A DNA stretch of 64,000 nt from Felis catus. Taxonomy: Eukaryota. The stretch lies in contig NC_058368.1 of the NCBI RefSeq assembly GCF_018350175.1, positions 196,852,001 to 196,916,000 on the forward strand. The letters are read 5' to 3'. Made by a program: the position numbers and the translations under genes. Shown here in pieces: positions 52,411 through 64,000 of the stretch (positions within the stretch are counted from its first letter, which is position 1; every line of letters starts with the position of its first letter). A model generated the notes under the pieces. That model searched no databases and had not been told where the DNA came from. It saw nothing but the letters and a program-made list of their open reading frames with translations.

Positions 52411-52636
52411 GGGGCGCCTGGGTGGTGCAGTCGGTTAAGCGTCCGACTTCAGCCAGGTCACGATCTCACGGGCCGTGAGTTCGAGCCCCGCGTCAGGCTC
52501 TGGGCTGATGGCTCGGAGCCTGGAGACTGTTTCCGATTCTGTGTCCCCCTCTCTCTCTGCCCCTCGCCCGTTCATGCTCTGTCTCTCTCTGTCCCAAAAA
52601 TAAATAAACGTTGAAAAAAAAAATTAAAAAAAAAAA
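52411..52636 (+). mobile_element. Young felid CAN-SINE inserted at the tail of an older SINE (~52171-52395)
   Basis: Repeated aaaaaaatcaaa target sequence. Confidence 0.9.
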
Positions 52637-52842
52637 TCAAAATAAAGAGCTAGAAATAGCCCAAATAACTGCGTCTACACCAGGTACTGCTACGCAGCCA
52701 ATACAAAAAGAATAAAGTTTTATTTATAGGCATGGACTTGTAAAGATGTCCGTGTTATAAATATTGTTATAGATGTTGTTATATTAACTGAGAAAAAAAA
52801 CAGGTTTCAGAGCCATATGCTTAACATGTCCATAGGTAAATC

Positions 52843-53015
52843 TATGCATTATAAATGCATATATAATGCATTATATAAATGCATTATATATATAAATATA
52901 TATATATTGCATATATATATTGCATATATATAATGCATTTATATATATAAATGCATTATATATATAAAATGCATATAAATGCATTATAAATGCATTATAA
53001 ATGCATATATATAAT
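52843..53015. repeat. AT-rich ATGCAT/(TA)n minisatellite containing a perfect 42-bp palindrome
   Basis: 10 ATGCAT and 2 TTGCAT units separated by (TA)n; 52924-52965 equals its own reverse complement. Confidence 0.9.
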
Positions 53016-53289
53016 CCATTAGTCATTCAATAAATGCTATTGAGTGAGGCACTGCTCTGGGGATACATTAGTGAACAAGACAGAAAAAAATCCTGTCTCA
53101 ATGAGCAAACGTTCTAGGGAAGGAGGTTAAGTCAAAAAGAGTAAAAGCATAAATATATAAATTTAGATACTAATAAGTGCTATGAAAGAAAATAAAGTAG
53201 AATAAAAACCCGAAGAGTAGCTAGGTATGGTGAGGGGATGTGAGTAAATGGTTATTTTAAATAATTTGGTCAGGAAACGTGTTGCTCAG

Positions 53290-54085
53290 GAGAGAACCTC
53301 TCAGCCGTGATCTGAACGAAGTATGTGTGTAGAGAAAGAGATTTATTTTAAGGAATTGATTTATGTGATTGTGGAAGCTCAGTAAATCCAAACTCTGCAG
53401 TGGAGGTGGCAGGCTGGGGACCCAGGGACGAGTTGCAGTTTGAGACCAAAGGCTGTCTGCTGGCAGAATTCCTTCTTGCTTGGGGGAGGTCGGTCTTTGT
53501 TCTATGAAGGCCTTCAGTTCATTGGATGAAGCCCACCGGCATTGTGGAGGATATTCTGCGTTAGGCAAAGTTCACCTATTTAAATGCTAATCTTATGCAA
53601 AAAAACATCTTCACAGAAACGTTCAGAATGATGTTTGACCAAATATCTGGGCACCAAGGCCCAGCCAGCTGAGTTGACACACACAACAAACCATCTCTGG
53701 GGCGCCTGGTTGGCTCAGTCAATTAAGTGTTGGACTATTGACTTAGGCTCAGGTCATGATCTCACAGTTTGGGAGTTCCAGCCCCGAAGTCAGGCTCTGT
53801 GCGGCTCGTGCAGAGCCTGCTTGGGATTCTCTCTCCCTCTCTCTCTCTGTCCCTCCCCCTGCCCCAAAATAAATAAATGAACTTTAAAAAATTAAGCATC
53901 ACAAGTCCATCCCTTGTCAACTTGGCACCCAAATGCATCTCCTTAAGTCACACTTAGTCTCTGGATAGATAGTCACAAGGTCACACTTCCATCTCACATG
54001 CTACAACTATCTCGTGTACACCTGAAAACGAAAACACACTCTTTTCTCCAGAAGACGATACAAAATCCTTGGGTAATGTTGACAC
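53290..54085 (-). mobile_element. MLT2-like LTR with adjoining ERVL internal 3' end (polypurine tract), split by a SINE at ~53699-53890
   Basis: gagatttattttaaggaattg...attggatgaagcccacc...tgtttgaccaaatatctgggcac; minus strand shows gccaagttgacaagggatggact|tgtgatg at the PPT/LTR junction. Confidence 0.75.
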
Positions 54086-54099
54086 GTCTCCTTAATTAC

Positions 54100-54262
54100 T
54101 GCTGTCTGCCATGTGACAGTACAAGAAGGCTGCAACCCAGAAGAAGGTTCTCACCAGAACTTGACCATGTTGACACCCTCATCTCAGACTCTCAGCTCCC
54201 AGAACTGTGAGAAAATCAATTTCTGTTGTTTAAGCCACCCAAGTCTATAGTCTTTTTGTTAT
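54100..54262 (+). mobile_element. MLT1A/B-like MaLR LTR fragment
   Basis: ctcaccagaac..gaccatg..caccctcatctcagact..ccagaactgtgagaaaat..ttctgttgtttaagccaccc. Confidence 0.7.
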
Positions 54263-54800
54263 TTATTATTTGGTATTTGTTACTATGGTATATTTGTTTC
54301 CTTCCCTTTCTTATCCCCTTATCATGTAACATAAGATGCACTGACTTAGGGGCGCCTGGGTGGCCCAGTTGGTTCAGCGGCGGCCTTCAGCTCAGGTCGT
54401 GATCTCACAGTTCGTGGGTTCAAGCCCCAGATTGGGCTCTGCGCTCACAGCTCAGCTCAGAGCTTGGAGCCTGCTTTGGATTCTGTGTCTGCCTCTCCCC
54501 GGCTCATGCTCTGTCTCTCTCTCAAAAATAAATAAAAACATTAAAGAAAAGATACATTGACTTTATATTGTCATATTCAAGTATTGTTAATCAAAATGCA
54601 GTGTTTGATCTTGTTTAGAAAGCACCATAGGTTTGCTCAAACTCCTGGCAATTATTTAGCTCCTCAAGTGTTCTTTTAAGTTCCCTGACTCCAGCTCTTT
54701 TCTGGGCATTTAACATTTGACTGTTCAGATGCTGCCAGCTAATTCTGGTCAGGCATCATGCTAGGCTACAGAAGTTGGCTAAAGTAACACAAAATAGCTA

Positions 54801-54819
54801 AATCCACAAGGTGGCAGTA
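54801..54819 (+). promoter_or_regulatory. Candidate CTCF site
   Basis: AATCCACAAGGTGGCAGTA matches the core CCACnAGGTGGCAG in apparently non-repeat DNA; motif evidence only. Confidence 0.4.
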
Positions 54820-56629
54820 TTGTATAACTATTGAAAACCATGATGCAGCGTGGGCTCTTGAACATACCCTTCTGTGGCATATTCTGTGATCTATTAAATG
54901 AATGCCTGTTTTTGTAACTTCACTTATTCTTGAAATAAATGAGCAGGGTGTTTTAAACCTTCCTAGGGTGTTTTATAGTTCTTAGATGTTTAGACTGGAG
55001 AAAAAAAAAAAAAAAGCAGGATTCTTGGAATCAGAAAAGTCTGAGTTCAAGTACAAGATACACCCCTGGCTTACTTCGTGCACTTAGGGAAGTTAACTGA
55101 GATCTCTGTGCTTCAGCTGCCCTATCTAAAAATTTAAAACGGGGTGTGTGGGTGGTTCCGTTGGTTAACCTTCCAATTCTCGATTTCAGCTTAGGTCATG
55201 ATCTCATGGGTTTGTGAGTTCAAGCCCCATGGCAGGCTACACACCATGCATAGACTGCTTGGGATCCTCTCTCTCTCCCCTTCTGTCTGCCTCTCAGCTG
55301 CTCGTGCTCTTTCTCTCTCAAAATAAACAAATAAACCTTAAAAAATACATAAAAATAAAAATTTAAAACATGGGGACACCTGGCTGGCTCAGTTGGTAAA
55401 GCATGTGACTCTTGATCTCAGGGTCCTTAGTTCAGGCCCCGTGTTGGGCATAGAGCTTATTTTTAAAAAATTGAAATTTAGGGGCACCTGCTCAGTCGGT
55501 TGAGCATCTGACTCTTGGTTTCAGCTCAGGGCATGATCTCATGGTTCGTGAGTTTGAGCCCCTTGTCAGGCTGTGTGCTGCCAGTGGGGAGCCTAATTGG
55601 GATTCTCTCTCTCTCTCGCTCTCTGCCCCTCCCCCTTTCTCACATGTGCACACAAGCACTCTCTCTCTCTCAAAAGAAATAAGCCTTTATTTTATTTCTT
55701 TATTTTTTAATGTTTATTTTTGAGACAGAGAGAGAGAGAGGGAGAGAGACAGAGACAGAGCGTGAGTGGGGGAGGGGCAGAGAGCAAGGGAGACAGAATC
55801 TGAAGCAGGTTCCAGGCTCTGAGCTGTCAGCACAGAACACAATGCGGGGCTCAAACCCACGAACCGTGAGATCATGACCTGGGCGAAAGTCGGACGCTTA
55901 ACCGACTGAGCCACCCAGGCGCCCCTAAATAAACCTTTAAAAAAAAAAACCCTCGTGCAAAATGTTTAAAATTAAAAAATAAAAATTTAAAACAATGAAA
56001 TTACTTTCCCCGTGAAATCTTTTTTACGACGTGAGATAATACAGGTAAGAATACTACTGTATAAAATTTATTATAAATGTTAAAAATAATTATTACCTTA
56101 GCATTGGAAAATCAATCAGGGTAGATGTCATCTGAAAGCTCAGTATCTTCAAGTTGATTAGAAGAAAGGTTCTGAGGCTTTCAGAATAGCCTAGAGTATT
56201 TGATTTCTGTTTCCTGTGACACATCTTAGCTTATGGTGACCTTGTCAGAAGGAATCATCTACATAAAGAGATCATTTGTGGTACTGTCACAGTTATTACA
56301 CTTTTCTTATTTTTGGCTTTGGACTATAACTGTGAAGTCCCGATTTCAGCTGACAGCCTATCTCCTTCCACCAGGAAGGTTAGAAAAAGTCACCTCTGGC
56401 TTGAATTACCTAATAATAACAGCACCAGGGTATATTTGTATGAGGTTTATGGCTTAAACAAAGTGCTTTTACGTATCCTATTTCAACTAGGGCAGAAGCT
56501 ATGGCAATCAATGATACAGTGTGAGACAAGAAAATATAAGCTAGGAAGGTCAATAGGATTTGAAATTCTCTTTTTTTTTAAGTTTATTTAATTATTTTGA
56601 GAGGGGGTGGGGGAGGGGCAGAAAGAGGG

Positions 56630-56669
<40 letters not shown>

Positions 56670-56907
56670 CCCAAGTAGGCTCCGCGCTCAGCAAGGAGAC
56701 AGTCTCAAGACTGTGAGATCATGACCGGAGCTAAAATAGAGAGTCAGACGCTTAACCAACTGACCCACCCAGGCGCCCCAGGATTTGAAATTCTAAGCAG
56801 TGAAAGAAAATATAAAATATTTGAGTCTGAGTTGGAAGAGCATATGGAGATTGATCTCGGGGGTGTGAGTTGGAGCCCCATGTCAGGTGTAGAAATTATT
56901 TGAACAA

Positions 56908-57234
56908 ATATATATATATATATATATATATAACAAATCTATATATATATATACGTATGTGTGTGTATATACATATGTATATATACACACACATATATGT
57001 ACGTATATATGTGTGTATATATGTATATATGTGTATGTGTATATGTATAAATATGTACGTATACATATATACATATATTGTATGTATGTCGTACATATAT
57101 ACACATATATTGTATGTATGTGTGCATATACATATATACGTATGCATGTATATATACATACATGTACACGCATATATACACATACATACACATATACATA
57201 TATATATACATATATACATACATACGTATATATA
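56908..57234. repeat. Compound (TA)/(TG)/(CA) alternating purine-pyrimidine tract at the tail of a short SINE
   Basis: Read directly; it is the source of the YIYI/CVYM junk ORFs. Confidence 0.92.
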
Positions 57235-59885
57235 AGTCTCATGTGGGTTATAAGGAGGCGGAAGGTGAGTAGAAAGGGTCTTATATCTATCACTATCCCA
57301 GCATAGAGAACACTGAAAAGAAACAGTCATAGGAGTTCAGATCAGGTTCAGGGTCCAACAGGAAGTAAGGAGGGGCTGGAAAGTCTGGTAGATAGCTAAG
57401 ATTTAAATAGGTCTGTTGGCTTCAGAATCTGAAAGGGAAAGAGGCAGAAGAAATTAACACTGGCTAGGCAGGAATAAACAGTGTTGTCTAAGAGGAATCG
57501 CTGGTGGGGATGGGAGGATAGAGGTAAATAACTGAGGTCAGGTAGCTAGGACCAAGGAATCAGCTAGAGAGCCAGGGACTACTAAGCATGGAGGAGATGA
57601 GTGCAGTCCTCAAAAGTGTGGGAGTTCAGGCTCAGCTGGAAGTCAGAACCCAGACCCAAGCTACAGAACTTCAGCGCCGCGAGATCAGTTGAGCTGCAGA
57701 TGGCCCGGGGCCGGCCAGCTGCAGGGGGATGATTTAAGTCAAACTTAGATCTACTGAGGTAGTGACTGCTAACTGGTCCCCATTTAGATGTAGAGCAGGC
57801 TCCAAGGTCTGGACAGGACATGCTAACTGTGAGAGTGAACAGTTACATCCCAGAACGGTGGTTTTGATTGTGAGGAGTTCTCAAAGGCTGGTGGTGTTGG
57901 ATAAGTCGCCATACCTCTCCAGATGAATGTAACAATAGATGCCCTAATTCAGGTCATGAAAAGCACGAGTTGATGCATCACCAAATACTTGATGAACTGT
58001 AAAGGGCTATATAAAGATATTTTGACTTGTTTTGCTTTGTGGATTAGGGCCCTACAATCCGGAGTTCTTTTTTTCACCTATCAGGCCCCTGACTCCGCTC
58101 ATTGTGAGAAGACTTTTCCCGGCAGCATTGAGCTTGGCCAAGATCAAATGGCACAGCTACCCATTTTGTGTGATCGGTATCAGTACATCCTGGCATTAGC
58201 GTGGGGAGTTGAGAGTTAACAGGATGTGCTTCAGGACCCGCTCTCCTCAGGAATGGCAACTCAAGCATCTTCCAAATTTAGTCTCACAAAGAAGAGTAGA
58301 TTACTATAGTGAGTAATAATGAGTCACTGGGAGCACAGTTTCATGCCCTTGCCGATGAACAACGCGGAGGAAGAGAAGAGGGGCTGAGAAAGGGAAGGGA
58401 CCTACAAATGGCAGAAACTGCAAAACACAAAATTCTTTCAAATAAAAATGGCCAACACAAACATCCCCAAATGTGAGGTATAACAGCACATTTCCAGGAG
58501 TTAATGGTTCGTGTGATTAAAAAAAGAAAATGTAAGATATAATTTGATTATCAAAATAGCGACAGGGCAGACCAACTGACCCAAACAATATAACCCGTGT
58601 ATAAGGAGGAACCCAGGAGAAATTCAGACATTTCATCTTTTCAAGTTCTGCTGTTAGTATGGTTTTCAATGAGTATCAGGGAACATCACTGATTTGAATT
58701 CCCTCCCTGTCAGGACACATCTCTAACATTTAAATATGACACTGCAGAATGTTCATTGCAGACAAATGAGTTAAAGCCTCAGGCATTATTTCAAAGCAAC
58801 TCTGAGAGGAAGGGGAGGGGCTAGTGGAAACAGTATTTTAAGAAGACAGGAAGCAAGCTTTGCTTGATTTTCACTGGTGAATCTCATTCCTTGCCAAGAA
58901 TAAGACTATGTTGAAGAGTCAAATCACTTCATGATTTCCTTCTATGAGAATCTAAGCAAGGATTTTTTCAGACGAGAAAAAGAAAAACTGCCAGAGGTCA
59001 TTTCACTGAGGCCCCGCCCCCACCTCTAGGAAGAGCCATACCTAAAACTAAGATTCAATTATTGCCTTTCTTAAAATACTTTAAAAAAAAGATATTTCCC
59101 AGTCCGTGATTTGGGAGTCTCCTCTAATTTCTGGCTACTGTATATATTGATTGCTGTGTCTCCGTCTCTCTCTGCCCCTCCCCCGTTCGTGCTCTGTCTC
59201 TCTCTGTCCCAAAAATAAATAAATGTCGAAAAAAAATTTTTTTTAAAAAAGAGTCTGCTTTTCCTGACAAGTGTTAAGGGGCACGGGTAAGGACCTTCCC
59301 GTGAGAATTTGATCTTTTATCTGAATTTTAAGAACCTGTAAAAGAGAAACAGCATGTTTATTTCCTTTTTCTACTTCAAAATATAGAAGGCATTTTCAGT
59401 ATATAGCACAATGCTCAAAGCTAGAAAAACCCTTAGAATCTGACTTCTCTTTTAGAAGATTACAACCTTGAAGCCTAGAAAATATTTAAGGTAGAGTTAC
59501 AACAAAAATTCAGATTTTAATGACTACTGAGGTCCGGATACATTTCCCTGCGTCATTTAACCTAGTCCTCAAATACCCAAGTAAAAGGGCACTTTGTTTC
59601 TCCTCTCCCACCCCAAGGTTTTTGACAACATATTTTGTTTGTTATCTATTTCTTAAAATTCTTTAAAACTTTTTTTTTTTTTTATTAGAGAGAAGGAGAG
59701 AGCGAGCAAGCCAGCAATTGTGAATGGGGGAGAGGGAGGGACAGGATCTCTGTGCTGAGCTCAGAGCCTGACTCGGGGCTCAATCCCACGACACGGGTAT
59801 CACGGCCTGAAGGGAAATCCGGAGTGGGATGCTCAACCAACTGAGCCACCCAGGAGCCTCAACTACTTCTTAAGAATAAAATTAG

Positions 59886-60131
59886 GGGGCGCCTGGGTGG
59901 CGCAGTCGGTTAAGCGTCCGACTTCAGCCAGGTCACGATCTTGCGGTCCGTGAGTTCGAGCCCGGCGTCAGGCTCTGGGCTGATGGCTCAGAGCCTGGAG
60001 CCTGTTTCCGATTCTGTATCTCCCTCTCTCTCTGCCCCTCCCCCGTTCATGGTCTGTCTCTCTCTGTCCCAAAAATAAAAATAAAAACATTGATAAAAGT
60101 TTAAAAAAAAAAATGTTAAAAAAAAAAAAAA
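59886..60131 (+). mobile_element. Young felid CAN-SINE
   Basis: TSD aagaataaaattag. Confidence 0.9.
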
Positions 60132-61632
60132 GAATAAAATTAGTTTCCATTACTCTAGTATTGTTTCCATGGGTTTTTGCTTAAAGTTAGGAAAACTTCC
60201 AGGTCCTCGGCTACTCTAAATGTAGGTGGCAACAATTTACAGACATAGGGGAAAAAGGACATGTTCTCATTTAACAAAATACCCTGAGATGCCTAATTCA
60301 AGCATTCAAAAATGTCTGTAGTAAACTCTGGGTCAATCTAAGTTTTAGAACACTGATAAGTCGAATTCTCCCCCATCCCTAAGACTTTGCACACTTAGTT
60401 TTGTGGGAATACTTGAGCTCGTGCAAAATATGAGAGATTTGAACACATAAGAGATTATCCTGTTTTTCCTCTTTTGTTTACTGCAGGCAGTCTTGGTTTT
60501 GAGAGGCCTTTGACCTCATTCTTTCTTACCGGAAATTAATTGTCCCCTCCTCTCCTTCAACTAAATCTAAATATCTGTAGAACGCAATTGCTTCACTAAT
60601 GGCCAACAGAAGTGTCTTGCTAGCTGCGTCCATAATAGGGTCATTTTCAATTGCATGAGTACATCCTTGTAAACCACAGACTTGCAACATTCTTGAGATT
60701 TTGAAAGGGGTGGGGAAGCGAATAGGACACCTGCAAAGAAATCTTCTAATTAAGTTTATTAGGCTTTACAACAACAGGTCGTCAGGAAAAATAAAACCCT
60801 AACAAACTTTCTTAAGGTAGACAGAAAAAAATTAAGATTTAATTGTAGATAAATTTAAGAAATGAGAGGATAGCCCATGAATATGGGTTTAATCATGACA
60901 GATTGTACTGAAACAATTAGAAGTGGTTATTCATGACACAGTTTTTTTTTTTTAAGTTTATTTATTTATTTTGAGAGAGAGAGAGAGAGAGAGAGAGAGC
61001 AGGAGACGGGCAGAGAGAGAGGGAGAGAGAGAAAGAATTCCCAAGCAGGCTCTGCCCTAACAGCACAGGGCCCGACACAGGACTTGATCCCACGAATCAT
61101 GAGATCATAACCTGAGCTAAAATCAAGTCAGACACTCAACCGACTGAGCCACCCAGGTGCCCTCATTCAAGAGGTTTTAAAACTCGTAGCATTTCTGGAA
61201 ATATACGCTAACCAATTAATTTTGGATGTGAGCAGAGATATAGGTGTACAAATGCTCATTAAAACATTGTTCATACTAGCAAAAATTTGGAAATAACCAA
61301 AATACTCAGTTGGGTCTGGTCAAGTGCTGTTCCATCAACACAACACATATTTATAGGTAGACAATGAAAATGATTCTTTGGGGGCACCTGGGTGGCTCAG
61401 TTGGTTAAGCGTCCAACTTCAGCTCGGGTCATGATCTCGCAGTCTGTGAGTTCGAGCCCCGCGTCGGGTTCTGTGCTGACAGCTCAGAGAGCCTGGAGCC
61501 TGCTTCCGATTCTGTGTCTCCCTCTCTCTCTGCCCCTCCCCTGCTCATGCTCTGTCTCTCTGTGTCTCAAAAATAAATAAAAACATTTTTAAAAAGTTTT
61601 TAATGATTCTTTGGAAGATTACTTAGTTATGT

Positions 61633-62085
61633 GTTTAAAAAAAAAAAAATTCCACCCAGTAAATTTGAAGCTCTAATTGGCTTTATTAAATGATTCATAA
61701 ATTGGGCAGCATCTCATGTAGCAAGTAGAGGGCAGCTCTGAGGAGTTGTACAAAACGGAAGTTTTTTATAGGAAGGAGGGTGGGGCAAGAAGATTACAAG
61801 CAAAAGCAAGGAAAGGACTGTCTCCACGAACATCACCTTCCCCGAGGGAGAAGGGCAAGGGGTCTTATTACACAGATTACCTCATCTTCCTTTGGGAGGT
61901 AGAGGAGGTCCAAGAGACAGATGATCTCATTGGCGCTTATCAGAAAATTCCTGACTGACGGGTTAAGACTTACATTTCTGAGGGAGGTTGAAACTACAAT
62001 TAGATTAGGTATTAAGCCCTGGTCTACTGACTTGGGGCCTTAACTCAAGTGAGGCTACTTTGGGCCTGTGGTTTTCTTTTTAACC
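61633..62085 (-). mobile_element. ERV1-type LTR (carnivore MER34/CarLTR-like)
   Basis: Minus strand begins gttaaaaagaaaaccacaggccca...; AATAAA (tttatt ~61682) and TATA-like element (tttttata ~61763) in LTR order. Confidence 0.7.
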
Positions 62086-64000
62086 TCAGGAAACATGTCT
62101 CCAATAAATTATGAAGTGAAAAAAATAGGTGTCAAAGCTGAATGTGTCCTATGGTTACTTGTTGTAAATATTAAGAGATAAAAATTTACAAAAAAATAAA
62201 ATTAAATATACGTATATATGCACATATTTGATAGCTATACATACACCTAACACACACACACACAAACACACAATATGCAGAGAAAAAGACTGGACATTTA
62301 TACACAGCAACATGTTAACATTTGGTGATTGTCTCTTAAGAGATTTTTGTTTTCTTTTTTTTTTTCTGATTTATCTAAATTTTCTAAAATTTTCAAATAA
62401 AATTGACATAAGAAGAAGAACAGTGAACATTTATAGGTGTATATGATTAGGGGCGCCTTGGTGATTCAGTCGGCTGAGTGTCCGACTTCGGCTCAGGGCA
62501 TGATCTCGCAGTTCGTGAGTTCGAGTCCCGTGTCGGGCTCTGTGCTGACAGCTCAGAGCCTGGAGCCTGCTTCGGATTCCGTGTCTCCCCTTCTCTCTGC
62601 CCCTCCCCTGCTCATGCTCTGTCTCTCCCTCTCTCTCAAAAATAAACAAACAAAAATACTTATATGGGTGTATATGATTATCAAAAAGTCATTGGGTCAC
62701 GTACATAGGAACTTATCAATCTTCAGAATCTTGAAGCCATATGGGTCAAAAGCATAAATGAGCTCAAAGAATGAAATTAATTGAAATTACGGCTAATGAC
62801 TCCATAGAAAGTAAGAAATGTTCACGATAAGAATGTGTCAAATGTGTTTGAAGTAGCTACCGTAGAAGCAGCAATCCATTTTTACAAAGCCTCCTGAACA
62901 ATGCAGAGGGGGGAAATGGGACCTGAGATAAGAAAGGGACACAGAAATTGCTGTCACTGTCAAAGAGTGGAAAAGAGACTAAATGGATTATCACTCTGAC
63001 CCAACAGGACGTTTCTGATGGTCTCTTTTTCAATCACTCCACTAACTCATCTGATACTGATTGTGCACAAGGCAGTTTAACAGTTAAACAACACCTGAGA
63101 CAGTGTTTGACGTCTTCTAAGACATTTCATTTTTTTTTTTTTTTTCTGTTTATTTGTACCAAACACCCCGGAGATAGGCAGACCACTCTTGTTTTTAATT
63201 TCCTCCCTACGGCATCCATCTATAATTGTTGTGCTTGTCTTTAACATTTTACTCAAAATGCACTCTGGTTACCAGTGCCCTTTCCTTGGGTAAACACTGG
63301 GGCTTTACAAAAAAAGGTTTTCAATTCATCTTGACCCATGAACATAAAAGTAATCACTGGGGCACAACTGTTCCAATTTTCATTCTGCCCCTCCTTTTTC
63401 TCTTTCCTTTGGTTAGACGTTCGGGTTCTAGTGCTTTCTTTGCCATTGAGAGCTGTGGGATCCTGGACAAGCCACTCTTGTCCTAGCGCGACACAAGTGA
63501 TACGTGCGAAGCTACAGTCCATGGCAAAGCATTTAACAATATGATTACTGAACTAGATGATCTCTAAATTTCTCTGAAGCTCTCAAATTTTTTTTTTAGT
63601 CTATATTTTTCGTTGTATTTTTAGTGAATTCATGTGATCCAGGAACTGCATTTTGGCACATTTTGCAAGTCTCCCTCCATTATACCAGAGCTGCTGCTGA
63701 TTCAGTAAGTACAGAATGATTTGTAACTCTAATAGTAGCACTAAAAACAGGTAATTCTTCAATTGCTGAGGTTGAAAATTACCACAAATGATGCATGATT
63801 TTAAGGAAAAGGCTGAGTCATAGCCAACACCTAAAAACTTTTATTTTCTACATTAAACCCCCCCCCAGCTTTTGCCTTCTTAAATCTGACACATTTAAAT
63901 CTTTAGATGGAATCAACTGAAATCACATTTGAAAGGGCTACAGCTACTCATACGGCATTTTAGAGCATTTTGCTGGAAATTGTCAGTGCTGGAATAGTGA

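Noticed and set aside
56870..57330. Overlapping Y/I/C/V/H-rich ORFs
   Set aside because: Simple RY repeat lacking stop codons.
43000..64000. Exons of a neighbouring gene or upstream alternative ARHGEF37 exons
   Set aside because: No second CpG island or recognisable coding exon seen; non-coding exons cannot be excluded without transcript data.

Overview
Mammalian genomic DNA from a felid, judged by the dense cat-type CAN-SINEs (SINEC_Fc-like). The window holds the 5' half of ARHGEF37 (Rho GEF, DH-BAR-SH3 type) on the minus strand. It has a CpG-island promoter with a probable non-coding exon 1 (~42.3-42.9 kb) and five coding exons (23035-22850, 21353-21230, 11932-11785, 2349-2150, 836-706). 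All have GT-AG boundaries and together give 789 nt = 263 uninterrupted codons; the gene continues off the left edge. The remainder is intron and upstream sequence made largely of SINEs, L1/L2/L3/MIR, LTR and DNA-transposon relics plus simple repeats, and nearly all ORF-track entries are repeat artefacts. I found no convincing new multi-gene system. The most notable observations are retroposition oddities and RNA-structure hypotheses: a tailless 5'-half tRNA-Cys retropseudogene with a perfect 16-bp TSD, an ancient U6/L1 chimera, an intact young solo ERV1 LTR next to exon 4, a SINE whose tail is a target-derived hexamer repeat, a possible L1 3' transduction, a stop-free exon 2-3 circRNA frame, and a perfect 42-bp AT palindrome. 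Repeat subfamily names come from recalled consensus sequences and need Dfam/RepeatMasker confirmation.
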